A stretch of DNA of 248,000 nucleotides from Hyalangium minutum (GCF_000737315.1 NZ_JMCB01000002.1:20001-268000); one strand, 5' to 3'; positions 81,610-92,028 are shown, counted from the stretch's first letter. Notes: generated from the sequence alone by a model not told the origin. Program-made: numbers and translations.

Positions 81610-82632
81610 TCAAGGCTTCGTCGCGACGACGAGCTCGAAGGGGCCCGGCAGCACCTCGGGCGCTTTGAAGCCCAAGTCCTTCAGGGCCAGCAGGTAGTAC
81701 TCCACCTCGCGCAGGCGGCTCACGCAGCTGTCCACGCCCATGAGGAAGTAGGACCAGAAGAACTGCGCCGTCAGCCGCTCGGGCGTGCGGAACTCCTCGC
81801 AGATGAGGATGCGGCCACCGGAGGGCAGCGCCTCGTACGTGGCCTTCATCAGCGCGCGCGCCGTCTCCGCTGGCCAGTCGTGCAGCACACGCACGAAGGA
81901 GATCGCGTCATAGCCGCGCGGCAGCGGCTCCTTCAGGAAGTCTCCGCCCACGAAGCCCAGCCGCGCGCCCAGCTGGTGCTTCTCCCGCGTGCGCGCCACC
82001 AACGCCTCGGTGGCCGGCAAGTTGTACACGTCCACCTGGAGCTCCGGGTGCTGCTCCAGCAGGTGCGCCGCCAGCGAGCCGTCTCCGCCGCCCACCTCCA
82101 GCAGCTTCTGCCCCGGGCGCCACAGCGTGCCGCCGTGGGTGCGGAACACCTCGAGGATGGGGCCCAGCCCCGCGGCCATGCTGGCCTCGAAGCCCGCCAC
82201 CTGCTCGGTCGTCTGTGGCGGCCATTCGAAGTCCTTGGCCGGCATGCTCCGCTCCCCGCGCAGCACCTCCGGCAGGTGGCCGTGCAGCTCGCGCCAGCCG
82301 TACTTCTCCCGGTCCCGCTCCAGCGACTGCGGCCCCACCACCTTCTCCGCCGCCGCGCGCAGCCCCGGCACCGCCGTGTAGCGGGCCTCGAGCAGCGCGT
82401 CCGTCTTCTGCTCGCGCCGCACCAGCCCCAGGCTCTCCAGGCAGTCGAGGAACTTGTAGAGACGCCCCGGCACCATGCCGTACTTCTGGCTCAGCACCTC
82501 CAGCGTCACCGGGCCTGCCTCCAGCGCTTCCAGCAGGCCCAGCTTGTACGCCGTCTCCACCACGTCGATGGCGCGCGCTCCGTTGAAGAGCAGGTGCAGC
82601 AGCGCGCGGGGAGTGAGTTCCACGGTGCTCAT
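81610..82632 (-). CDS. class I SAM O-methyltransferase (type 2)
   Basis: EVGGGDG, GDF, VLHDW. Confidence 0.88.
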   Translation of the reverse strand: MSTVELTPRALLHLLFNGARAIDVVETAYKLGLLEALEAGPVTLEVLSQKYGMVPGRLYKFLDCLESLGLVRREQKTDALLEARYTAVPGLRAAAEKVVGPQSLERDREKYGWRELHGHLPEVLRGERSMPAKDFEWPPQTTEQVAGFEASMAAGLGPILEVFRTHGGTLWRPGQKLLEVGGGDGSLAAHLLEQHPELQVDVYNLPATEALVARTREKHQLGARLGFVGGDFLKEPLPRGYDAISFVRVLHDWPAETARALMKATYEALPSGGRILICEEFRTPERLTAQFFWSYFLMGVDSCVSRLREVEYYLLALKDLGFKAPEVLPGPFELVVATKP

Positions 82633-83771
82633 GCCTTCTCCTTCCGCGCCTCGGCCACCAGCGCGTCCATGAAGCGGTCCACTTCTTCCAGCGTGTTGTA
82701 GAGGTGCGGCGCCACGCGCAGCATGCCCCGGTAGCTGCAGATGAAGCCGCTGGCCACCAGCCGCTGGGCCACCGCCGCGTCTCCGGGGAAGCGCAGTGCC
82801 ACCACGCCCGCGCGCCGCTCCTCCTGCCGCGGCGTCACCACCGTGAAGCCCGCCTCGTCTGCCCGCTCCATCACCCGCGCGGTGCACCGCAGGGAGTGTG
82901 CGCGAATCGTCGGCATCCCCACCGACGCCAGGATGTCCAACCCCACCCGGGACAGCTGCGAGGGCAGCACCGCCGGGGTGCCGCTGGCCATCCTTCGCGC
83001 CGTGGGGGCCCAGTCGCGCACCGGCCCGAAGGTGAGCGGGTTCTCTCCGGCGATCCACCCCGTGGCCGCGGGCCTCAGCGTGGGCAGCAGGGCCGGGCGC
83101 ACGTACAGGAAGGCGCTCTCGATGGAGCCACACATCCACTTGTGCGCGCCGCCAAGCAAGAAGTCCACGCCCAGCGCGCTCACGTCGATGGGGACGGCGC
83201 CCACCGACTGGTAGGCGTCCACGGCCACGAGCGCGCCCACCGCGTGCGCGCGCCGCACGACGGACGCCAGGTCCAGCATGGCGCCGGTGGAGGAGCTGGC
83301 GTGGGTGACGCTCACGAGCAGCGTGCGCTCATCGATGGCGGCGCACAGGCGCTCCTCGTCCATCCTCCCGTTCTCGGAGGGCACCACCACGGTCTCCGCG
83401 CCGTAGCGCTCGAAGCCCTTCCAGAGGAAGGGCACGGTGGGGAACTCCAGGTCCGTGGTCACCACGCGGCGGCGCTCGCCCTGGTAGTCGAAGCAAGTGC
83501 CCAGGCGCCCCAGCAGCGTGGTGAGGTTGGTGTCCGTCACCACGGAGCCGTCCGGCGCGCCGATGAAGCGCGCCACCGCGTCCATGTACCCGAGCCAGTC
83601 CGCCCACCAGCCCTCCCACGCCTCGTCACGCCAGTGCTGCAGCGTCTGCCCGTAGCGCTGGAGCACCGCCTCCATGCCCCGGGGGAACGCCCCCGTGGAG
83701 TTGCTGTTGAGGTACGTCACTTTCTCCAGCAGGGGGAACTCCGCCCGTACCGCCGAGAGCGTTGCGTCCAT
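82629..83771 (-). CDS. kynureninase-like PLP enzyme (class V)
   Basis: YLNSNSTG, DAYQSVG, HKWMCG, PAATGW. Confidence 0.75.
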   Translation of the reverse strand: MDATLSAVRAEFPLLEKVTYLNSNSTGAFPRGMEAVLQRYGQTLQHWRDEAWEGWWADWLGYMDAVARFIGAPDGSVVTDTNLTTLLGRLGTCFDYQGERRRVVTTDLEFPTVPFLWKGFERYGAETVVVPSENGRMDEERLCAAIDERTLLVSVTHASSSTGAMLDLASVVRRAHAVGALVAVDAYQSVGAVPIDVSALGVDFLLGGAHKWMCGSIESAFLYVRPALLPTLRPAATGWIAGENPLTFGPVRDWAPTARRMASGTPAVLPSQLSRVGLDILASVGMPTIRAHSLRCTARVMERADEAGFTVVTPRQEERRAGVVALRFPGDAAVAQRLVASGFICSYRGMLRVAPHLYNTLEEVDRFMDALVAEARKEKA

Positions 83772-83774
83772 ATG

Positions 83775-85010
83775 TCAGCGTCCTGAATCCTTGGAGGGGT
83801 GGTTCGCCGCGACGCCTTCCTGCAACTGCGCGGCGAAGCGCGAGGTGGGCGGCTCGGGCCGGGACCACGGATCATCCGACTCCGGCAGCGGCGGAGGCTC
83901 GGTGGGCCCCGGCGCCTGTCCGCGACGAGGCGGCTCGGGCTTGGACCAGGGGTCTTCGGCAGGCGCCTGTGGAGGCACGCTCGCGGCGGCCGTGGCGGAG
84001 GGATCCACCTGCGCCGCGGCCGCGGCCAGGGCCTGGGCGGTGCTCATCACCGGAGGAGCCGACTGCTGTGGCTCGGTGGGGGCCTTCGCCGCGCCCGGAG
84101 CCGGAAGGTCGGAGGCCGCCTCCAGCGCTGAGCTGATGGAGGCATGGCCCTCGGGAGCGGGGGGGCCCGCGGGGCTTGGGGAGACAGCGGGGTAGGAGCC
84201 CGAGGGCCGCTGGCTGCCGGGCGCGTAGCCACCGTCGCGCCGCCACGCGTTCGTCATCTCCGCGCGCACCTCCCACAGCTTGCGGAACAGCGGCAGCGTC
84301 ATGCGCCCCGCCAGCACCTGCGTGGGCAGGCCATCCAGCGCCTTGATGGAGCGGTCCACGCCGATGATGCGGCGGACCATCTGGTAGTGCGTGTAGAGCC
84401 ACGTCTGAAACAACTCGTCCAGGTCGACGAACTGCTCGCAGATGCGCTTCACGTCCTCCGAGTTGTACGCGCCGACCTTGTACACATCCAGCAGCCGCAG
84501 GTTGCGCCGCTGCAGCGTGCGATCCAACGCCGCCGCCAAGCCGTCCGCCGCCAGGCGCATGGCGTTGTAGCCCGGAGACTCCTGCCCGCTGCCGTTGCCC
84601 AGGCTGCGCCGGATGATTTGATACGTATCCGGCGTCATCGTCTCCAGGATGTTCATCTCCGCCACGAGACATTTCATGGCGCGCAGCATGCGCTCCAGCC
84701 GCCCGGTGGCTGGCCACAGCAGGTCTCCATCCATCTCCGCCACCACCTCGACCGCTTCCTGGGTGATGAGCTTGAGCCAGAGTTCCTGGGCCTGGTGAGT
84801 AATCTGAAACAAGAGCTCATCGTGATGGACGAGCTCCTCCGTGGAGGACTGGAGATGTAACAAAGTCCCTGTTTTCAAATAGACCTCGTAATCGAGGTCT
84901 CCCTTACCGACCCACTTCTTCAGCAAGGGATTGAACATGGGAGACGCCAGTTGATGGCGTAGCTTTTCAGCCTCACTGTAGTCAGGAGTTCGCAAGACAG
85001 GGCCCTCCAA
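83775..85010 (-). CDS. tryptophan 2,3-dioxygenase family with Pro-rich tail
   Basis: HDELLFQITHQAQELW, RRSLGNGSGQES. Confidence 0.85.
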   Translation of the reverse strand: MEGPVLRTPDYSEAEKLRHQLASPMFNPLLKKWVGKGDLDYEVYLKTGTLLHLQSSTEELVHHDELLFQITHQAQELWLKLITQEAVEVVAEMDGDLLWPATGRLERMLRAMKCLVAEMNILETMTPDTYQIIRRSLGNGSGQESPGYNAMRLAADGLAAALDRTLQRRNLRLLDVYKVGAYNSEDVKRICEQFVDLDELFQTWLYTHYQMVRRIIGVDRSIKALDGLPTQVLAGRMTLPLFRKLWEVRAEMTNAWRRDGGYAPGSQRPSGSYPAVSPSPAGPPAPEGHASISSALEAASDLPAPGAAKAPTEPQQSAPPVMSTAQALAAAAAQVDPSATAAASVPPQAPAEDPWSKPEPPRRGQAPGPTEPPPLPESDDPWSRPEPPTSRFAAQLQEGVAANHPSKDSGR

Positions 85011-85063
85011 AGGGCAGACATTTCAGAGAATTCAGACAGCCGAGTCAGTGAGACCGATTGAAC

Positions 85064-85465
85064 TCAGACAGGAGACACGGGAGTAGGGCGAGGCTTGTGA
85101 CGGAAGGACTCCAGCTTCCGCGCGAGCTCATCACCTTGAACACTCTTGGAGAGATATCCATCCGCGCCTGACGCCATGGCGAGCGAGCGCAGCTGGGTCT
85201 CATCCGAGGCTGAATACAGAATGAACTTGATGCCCGAGGGCGCTTGGGTGCGCGCCAGGGACACCACCTTGTCGCCCTTGAGGGCGGGGAAATTCACGTC
85301 AATCAGGACGACGTCCGGCACGCTGTCCCGGATGCGGGTGGAGACACCCAGGGCGGAGATGTGCGTCTCCACCTCGAACCCGTGAGCGCGCAGCGAGCGC
85401 GCCACCAAGTCCAAGAGGTCCGGGTCGTCATCCACCACGAGCACGCGGAGCTTGCCGTCAGCCAT
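85064..85465 (-). CDS. single-domain response regulator
   Basis: Paralog of 78186 (same ILYSASDE motif). Confidence 0.9.
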   Translation of the reverse strand: MADGKLRVLVVDDDPDLLDLVARSLRAHGFEVETHISALGVSTRIRDSVPDVVLIDVNFPALKGDKVVSLARTQAPSGIKFILYSASDETQLRSLAMASGADGYLSKSVQGDELARKLESFRHKPRPTPVSPV

Positions 85466-88361
85466 GGCTCTTCCCCAGGTGCTTGCGGATGGTGTCCAGG
85501 AGCTGATCGCGGTCCAGCGGCTTGGTGAGGTACGCGTCGCAGCCGGCCTTGAGGGCCCGGTCCTGGTACTCGCGGCCCGCGTGGGCGGTGACGGCGATGA
85601 CGGGGACCTTGGAGATGGCGGCCGGCAGGGCGCGGATGCGACGGGTGGCCTCCCAGCCGTCCACGCGCGGCAGGGACAGGTCCATCAGCACCAGGTCCGG
85701 CGTCTCCTTCTGCGCGCGCTCCAGGCCCAGCTCACCGTCCTCGGCCTCGAGCAGCTCGTAGTTGTTGCCGAGGTAGCGGCGGACGATGTCGCGGTTCTGC
85801 GGGTTGTCCTCGACGTAGAGGATGCGGGGCATGCGCCCGCTGTTGGCCGCGCGCTTCTGCAGCAGCAGCGCCTTGGCTTGGCCAATCACGTCGTCGATGG
85901 CGTGGCCGCCCTTGCGCACGAAGGCGATGAGCCCGTTGCGCAGCGTGCTCTGCTCCTCGCTGGTCAGGTCCTTGCCGGTGAGCACCACCACCGGCATGTG
86001 GAGGTTCTCCGCGCGCAGCCGCCGCAGCACCTCGAAGCCGTCGAGGTTGGGCATCATGAGGTCCAGCACCACGAGGATGGGCGGGGAGACGCGGGCCTTG
86101 AGCAGGGCGTCCTCGCCGCTGTGGGCCTCGGAGGTGGAGAAGCCGGCGCGGCGCAGGCTGCGGCTGACGAGCTCGCGGGTGCCCGCGTCGTCATCCACCA
86201 CCAGCACCTCGCCGGTGCCCAGGGCCTGGGTGCCCAGGGTGCGCGTCACCACCTCCACCAGCCGGTCCGGCTCGATGGGCTTGACGAGGTACTCGCACGC
86301 GCCCAGCGAGTAGCCGCGCGCGCGCTGCTCCTCCACGGACACGAGGATGACGGGGATGGTGGACAGGTGCGGCTCGCTCTTGAGCTGGCTGAGCACGCTC
86401 CAGCCGTCCAGCCGGGGCAGGTGGATGTCCAGGATGATGGCCTGGGGCTTCACCTCGCGCGCCAGCCGCAGCGCGTTCACGCCGTCGCCGGCGGGCACCA
86501 CCTTGAAGCCCGCGGGCTCCAGCTGGCCCACCACCAGCTGCTGCATGAGCAAGTCGTCGTCCACCACCAGCACGGTGCTGCCGGCCGCCAGCGGGGCCAG
86601 CTTCGCCGCCACGTCCTCCACGGACACCGCCTGCTCCGGCTGCTCTCCATTGCTGGAGGCGGACGGCGCGGGGGCCGGGCTCTCCAGCACGCCCGCGAGC
86701 CGCACGGTGAAGGTGGAGCCGCGGCCCAGCACGCTGGTGACGTTGACGTTGCCGCCGAGCACCTTGCTCAGCTCGCGGACAATCGCCAGACCCAGGCCGG
86801 TGCCGCCCACCTTGCGCGTGTGCGAGCCGTCCACCTGGCGGAACTTCTCGAAGATGTGCTGCACCTGATCGGGCGGAATGCCGACGCCGGTGTCCTCCAC
86901 CGACATCACCGCCTCGTTGCCCTCGGCGCGCAGGGCCAGCGCCACCTCTCCGGACTCGGTGAACTTGGCGGCGTTGCTCAGCAGGTTGAGCATGATCTGC
87001 CGCAGCTTCAGCGCGTCCGTCTGCAGGAACCGCGCGCGCTCTTCGATGTTGAGCGTGAGCGCCACGTCCTTGCCCTTGAGGTACTCGCGCACCGTGGCCT
87101 GGCACTCCTCGGCCAGCTCCTGCACGTCCACGCGCTCGGTGACGACTTCCACGCGGCCCGCTTCGATCTTCGACAGGTCCAGAATGTCGTTGATGAGCGC
87201 CAGCAGCGTCTTGGCGTTCGTCTTCACGACGTTCAAGTCACGCCGGCCGTGGGCGGTGAGGCGGCTGCCCTCCTCGCGCATCAGCAGGTCGCAGTAGCCG
87301 ATGATGCCGTTGAGCGGGGTGCGAATCTCGTGGCTGAAGTTGGCGAGGAACTCGCTCTTGAGGCGGGCGGCGGCCTCGGCCTCGCGGGCGCGCTCCTCCT
87401 CGTTGCGCTTGGAGATGGCCAGGTCCGTGGCCAGCTTGTCCAGGTCCTCGTTCTGCTGGCGGATGATCTCCATCTGCAGCGCGCGCTGCTGGTAGCTGGC
87501 CAGCGAGCGGGCGGAGACGGACTTCGTGCGCTTGAGCTCATCGAGGTTCTCGGCCAGCTTCTTGTTGGCCGCCTGGAGCGCCGCCTCGTTGCGCTTGCGC
87601 TCGGTGATGTCCTCGGTGACGCCCATCACATAGAGGACCTCACCCTGCTCATTGGTGAGGGGGATCTTCCGGGTGCCGAACTGGCGATCCTCGCTGACGA
87701 CGCGCGCGACCTCCTCGAAGGATTTGATCTGCTTGGAGGCGGCCACCTCGCGATCAATGGCGACGAAGGCGTCGGCCTGCTCCTTGGGGAAGTAGTCGTG
87801 ATCCAGCTTCCCGAGCAGGCCCTCCTTGGTGGTCTGAAACGAGTCCGTGAACGTCTTGTTGACGACCTTGAGCCGCAGCTCCTTGGCATCCTTGACGAAG
87901 AGGATGAAGGGCAGGCTGTCGATGATCTTGTTGAGCAGCCAGACCGTGCGCTGGAGCTCCTCCCCCTGCTCGTGCTGGTGTCCGCGCGCGAGGATCAGCC
88001 CCAGCCGGCCCAGCTGCTCTTCGGTGAGGTAGTCGCTGGCCCCGGCTTGCATGGCGGCCGCCAGTGTCTCCTCGTTCCACTGGCGTGACAGCACCACGAA
88101 GGGCGTACCGTGGCCCTTTTGCTTCCAAGTGGCGTGAATCTGCTCCAGGGAGAGCGCCCCCGGCTCCGTGCCGAACACCACCAGAGACCAGGGCTTCGCC
88201 AACGCAGCAGCGAGCGCGTCGGCGCTGGAGACCCGCTCCACCTCGTGCCGCGGCGACACTCGGCGCAGTGCGTTTAGAACCTGCTCGGTCTCGCGTTCGC
88301 TGGTGTGGAGGAGGATGCGGTGGGTAGGGCTTTCGGTTTGCGCGAGGGGCGAGAGGCTCAT
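85458..88361 (-). CDS. hybrid histidine kinase (REC-like, PAS, HK, 3xREC)
   Basis: SHEIRTPLN, HATPase, three REC domains. Confidence 0.92.
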   Translation of the reverse strand: MSLSPLAQTESPTHRILLHTSERETEQVLNALRRVSPRHEVERVSSADALAAALAKPWSLVVFGTEPGALSLEQIHATWKQKGHGTPFVVLSRQWNEETLAAAMQAGASDYLTEEQLGRLGLILARGHQHEQGEELQRTVWLLNKIIDSLPFILFVKDAKELRLKVVNKTFTDSFQTTKEGLLGKLDHDYFPKEQADAFVAIDREVAASKQIKSFEEVARVVSEDRQFGTRKIPLTNEQGEVLYVMGVTEDITERKRNEAALQAANKKLAENLDELKRTKSVSARSLASYQQRALQMEIIRQQNEDLDKLATDLAISKRNEEERAREAEAAARLKSEFLANFSHEIRTPLNGIIGYCDLLMREEGSRLTAHGRRDLNVVKTNAKTLLALINDILDLSKIEAGRVEVVTERVDVQELAEECQATVREYLKGKDVALTLNIEERARFLQTDALKLRQIMLNLLSNAAKFTESGEVALALRAEGNEAVMSVEDTGVGIPPDQVQHIFEKFRQVDGSHTRKVGGTGLGLAIVRELSKVLGGNVNVTSVLGRGSTFTVRLAGVLESPAPAPSASSNGEQPEQAVSVEDVAAKLAPLAAGSTVLVVDDDLLMQQLVVGQLEPAGFKVVPAGDGVNALRLAREVKPQAIILDIHLPRLDGWSVLSQLKSEPHLSTIPVILVSVEEQRARGYSLGACEYLVKPIEPDRLVEVVTRTLGTQALGTGEVLVVDDDAGTRELVSRSLRRAGFSTSEAHSGEDALLKARVSPPILVVLDLMMPNLDGFEVLRRLRAENLHMPVVVLTGKDLTSEEQSTLRNGLIAFVRKGGHAIDDVIGQAKALLLQKRAANSGRMPRILYVEDNPQNRDIVRRYLGNNYELLEAEDGELGLERAQKETPDLVLMDLSLPRVDGWEATRRIRALPAAISKVPVIAVTAHAGREYQDRALKAGCDAYLTKPLDRDQLLDTIRKHLGKSHG

Positions 88362-89524
88362 CAGTTGGATCCGAACGCCAGCACGGTCAGCGTGGTGTTG
88401 ATGTGGAACCCCGAGTAGATCTCGAAGTGCACATTCATTCCAGCCGCCGTCGGCGCGGAGCGCAAGGTCTCCGCCAATTCGGGAACCTTACCTGTAGCGC
88501 TCGCGTACCACATACGCCCACCGCAATGAAACAGGAGGACAGCCTGGGGGTTGTGTACCCGCCTGGGCAGCTCCTCCGTGAAGAAGGACTTCGTCATTCC
88601 GGCCATGTCGCCAATCTTCATGAGCTCCAGCTCGGAGCCCTCCTCCAGCAAGTTGGCGAAAAGAATGGAGTTATCCTCGAGGATGGGCTTCCAGGGGGCG
88701 CGGATGAAGTACTCGCGTCCCACGCGGAGTGCGGTCGGGCGGACGGCGAAGCCCTTGGGGGTTCCGAACTCCAGCTCACTCGGCTGGCACCCGAGCAGGT
88801 CCGCGTAGCGCTGGGCCGCCGGCTTGCCATCAATCTCCAGGGCGCGGGTGTGCGTCTCGTCGACCTTGGTAATCGTCATCCGCTCGCCGGTGGGGATGTA
88901 CCAGTGCGAGCGGAGGGCGGCGAACGGGGCGTTGGTGCGGAACAGGGCCACGAGCACCGCGTCGGTGGCGACTTCACCGTCCACGTGGAGCTGCGAGGAC
89001 TGCTTGGAGATGTCGCGGTTGTCGTCGCTGGCGCCGCCGCCCACGAGCACCAGCGTCTGGTTCTTCTCGAGGATGCCCAGCAGCAGCTCTTCCTTCTTGT
89101 AGCGGAAGCCGTCGTCAATCACGAGGCCCACGTACTTGCGCGGATCCAGATCCGCCTGCCGCACGCCGAGCTCCTCGCAGGCCTTCTTGATGGCGTTGCC
89201 GCCCGCGGAGACGGCATCCAGGCTCAGGCCGGTGCCCAGGCCCACGCCCACGTCGAAGTCCCCGTAGAGGGCGCCGAGCACCACGGAGCCGGAGTGGATG
89301 CCGGTGTTGTCCAGCTCACCGGCGGTGGTGGCGCCCACCAGGCGGCAGCCCTTGGGGAGCCGCTCGCGCACGGCGCGGTTGAGCGCGCTCTGGTCGCGCT
89401 CACGCGAGGCGAACATCATCACCAGCTTGGGGGTGATGCTGCCCAGCTGCTTCATCAAGTCCTCCGCGGCCGCGACGGGCTCCTTCTCGGTGCTGCGAGC
89501 CGTCTGCATCTTCACTTGCGCCAT
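88361..89524 (-). CDS. FIST domain sensor protein
   Basis: GATTAGE, LVGGGASDD, FEIYSG. Confidence 0.85.
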   Translation of the reverse strand: MAQVKMQTARSTEKEPVAAAEDLMKQLGSITPKLVMMFASRERDQSALNRAVRERLPKGCRLVGATTAGELDNTGIHSGSVVLGALYGDFDVGVGLGTGLSLDAVSAGGNAIKKACEELGVRQADLDPRKYVGLVIDDGFRYKKEELLLGILEKNQTLVLVGGGASDDNRDISKQSSQLHVDGEVATDAVLVALFRTNAPFAALRSHWYIPTGERMTITKVDETHTRALEIDGKPAAQRYADLLGCQPSELEFGTPKGFAVRPTALRVGREYFIRAPWKPILEDNSILFANLLEEGSELELMKIGDMAGMTKSFFTEELPRRVHNPQAVLLFHCGGRMWYASATGKVPELAETLRSAPTAAGMNVHFEIYSGFHINTTLTVLAFGSN

Positions 89525-89549
89525 GGAGGACCTCCGGGTGTGGGAGCGG

Positions 89550-91379
89550 CTAGAGGCCGCTCTGAGGGTGATTAGTGTGGCAGGTACTGGTGCACTGCTG
89601 GAAGGATTCGCTGCCGCCCCCCACATACATGCTCTTGAGGGGGCCGAATTGGGCCTGGTGCTGGGGGGACCACGTCTTGTGGCACGAGAAGCATGCAGCC
89701 TTGCTGGTGCGCTGGATGCTGGAGCGGTTCAGGTGGCAGCTGCTGCACTGAGCCAGGTTGGTATCAAACCGGTCCGAGCGCGAGTGGATGAAGTGCACGC
89801 GCACGAAGATGGGGCCCTCCAGCTCGAAGGAGAGGGGGGCGTGGCAGCCGTTGCAGGCGGCTCGGTTGTCGTTGCCGTGGAGCACGCTGGCCAGCTCGCC
89901 GCCCTTGCTGTGGCAGCTGTTGCACGGGCCGGTGGTGGGCACCGGGGTGGTCTGCTGCCGGGTGCCGACCTGGATTTCCAGGGTGCGGCTGTAGGGCATG
90001 TCCTCGCCCAGGTACACACGGCGGCCCTTCACCGTGACGAGGTAGGTGCCAGGCACGGCGTTGGCGGGCAGCTGGGTGGTCCACGTGTCGCTGACGGGCG
90101 CAGCCCAGCCGGCGTGGGTGGGATCGAACGCACCGCCGAACAGGTTCGGGCCCTTCGGGATGGTCTGCACCTGGGAGAAGAGGCCGTCACGCTCGAAGGT
90201 GGCCGGCGTCTGGACGGTAGGCCCCAGGAAGTCGTTGAGGTCGAGGATGGAGCGGATGGGCTGGATTCTCTGGGCCGGCCCGATGATCTGCGTCATCAGC
90301 ATGCGCTCGCGGTGCTTCCTGCGGTAATACGTGGCCGACGGATCGAAGAACGCCCGATAGTACTGGATGCCCGGCTCATTGTTGCCGAAGACAACCTCAT
90401 TATACGTCGGAAGCGAGCCCTGGGGGTGGAGCCTGCGGCCGGAGCCATCCTTCAGGGTGAGACGGAAGGTGATGGAGGTGCCCGGGGCGTAGGTACCGTC
90501 CGCGCGGGGCGGAGTGACGGGCACCATGTCGATGGAGAAGCCGTAGTCATACGCGGGGCGTGCCACCTGCTCCACGGGGATGGTGTACGGGGCGCTGGGG
90601 CGCAGGGACCAGCGCAGGCGGAGCGCCTTGGTGCGCGAGTCGAGCTTCAGCAGCTTCTCCTTGCACGGGGTGCGGGCGTTGCGCAGCTCCACCAGCGCCT
90701 CCTCCATGAAGTTGTTGGCGCCCGCGCAGCTCTCCAGCGAGCGGCAGTCATACGTCCACTGGATGGCGCGGAAGCGGCGGACGAAGAAGTCGTCGTCATC
90801 CCGGCGCTGGTCGTTGGCGCCCGCGTTGAGCTCCAGGGGGCGGCCGAGGGTGCGGCCCTGGGCGTCCACCTGCTCCACGATGAAGATGCTGGGCAGGTCC
90901 ATCCACAAGGCGTTCCGGTAGAAGCGGCGGCGCTTGTAGCCCTCGGGGCCCGGAGACAGCTCGAACTCCTCGTCCACCTGCCGCACGCCAAGCCACCCCA
91001 GGCCGGCGAACAACCCGTTGCGGCGCAGGCCGTCCACGCCTTCGTCCCGGGTGGCCGTCACCGAGCTGCGCAGGTCGATCTGGTTGATGAAGAAGGTCTG
91101 CCCCGCCTTCACGCGCAGCGGGATGCCCTCGCCGTCCTCCACCTCGAGCGCCAGGCTCACGGCCTTGTCGGTCGACGGGTCCGAGCGGCGCTCGTCGTCG
91201 GCGTCCTCCACGGCCTGGGACTGAGTGCTCAGCTCGGAGGGGGCGCTGGCGCCCGCCGGCTCTGCGCCGCACGCGGCCATCAGCGGGGTGAGTGAAGCAA
91301 GCAGGAGCACCACACCGAGCGACCCCACCTGTCGGGTGGTCTCGACCTTCATTGCCAGCGGCGCCGTCGACTTACGCAT
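89550..91379 (-). CDS. multiheme c-type cytochrome lipoprotein
   Basis: CNSCH, CNGCH, CSSCH, CFSCH, CTSTCH; lipobox AAC. Confidence 0.8.
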   Translation of the reverse strand: MRKSTAPLAMKVETTRQVGSLGVVLLLASLTPLMAACGAEPAGASAPSELSTQSQAVEDADDERRSDPSTDKAVSLALEVEDGEGIPLRVKAGQTFFINQIDLRSSVTATRDEGVDGLRRNGLFAGLGWLGVRQVDEEFELSPGPEGYKRRRFYRNALWMDLPSIFIVEQVDAQGRTLGRPLELNAGANDQRRDDDDFFVRRFRAIQWTYDCRSLESCAGANNFMEEALVELRNARTPCKEKLLKLDSRTKALRLRWSLRPSAPYTIPVEQVARPAYDYGFSIDMVPVTPPRADGTYAPGTSITFRLTLKDGSGRRLHPQGSLPTYNEVVFGNNEPGIQYYRAFFDPSATYYRRKHRERMLMTQIIGPAQRIQPIRSILDLNDFLGPTVQTPATFERDGLFSQVQTIPKGPNLFGGAFDPTHAGWAAPVSDTWTTQLPANAVPGTYLVTVKGRRVYLGEDMPYSRTLEIQVGTRQQTTPVPTTGPCNSCHSKGGELASVLHGNDNRAACNGCHAPLSFELEGPIFVRVHFIHSRSDRFDTNLAQCSSCHLNRSSIQRTSKAACFSCHKTWSPQHQAQFGPLKSMYVGGGSESFQQCTSTCHTNHPQSGL

Positions 91380-92028
91380 GAGGGCCCCTCCTTGCTGCTG
91401 GCCGGGGAGAGGGAAGAGACCCCGGCCTTCTGATTATGTCCCCTGAACTCTCTTCTAAAACAGAGAGTACCAGAGAATCGTCATTTCCGGCTTTAGCCGG
91501 AAGAGGCTGTTTCGAGCAGAAGAAAGAATATCCGTCTCAGGCAGAACAATTCAACTGTTAAGAAACTTGAACGGGCCTGAAAAGCGGTGAGATTGAAACA
91601 GAGCGTAATTTTCCCTTAAATCCTCAAAAACTGGGGTGTTTCAGGGGGGATTGAAAACAGGGTGTGGGGCGAAATCCGAGAGGGTGTGTGAACGAGGAAT
91701 CCTTGACTTCCCAACCCATTTCTTATTGAGCCGAGCGGGATTTTTTGGATCGCAACGAGCGCTCCAGAAATGGAGAAAACGGCGCTCCAGAGCGCTCTCC
91801 GCACGTAGCAGGTGAGAGCGCTCTGGGCCGACCCGGGCCTCGCGCGAGGGACGGCGCGGCGATTCAGGGGACACCACTCACCAGGTTGGGCCGCGGAGGC
91901 TGGCGTGAGGGGCGAGGGAGAGGAGGTGCGCCCCTGCTTCGTTGCTCGGGGTGCGTTGCGGAATGGCCTTCCTCGGCGCACGGCGTTAAGAGGCGAGCCC
92001 CGTTTTCTTTGGCCCCCAGCGATCTCCT

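Noticed and set aside
85012-85045. Short CAGA(C/G)A direct repeats upstream of the TDO gene
   Set aside because: Too short and degenerate to distinguish from chance.
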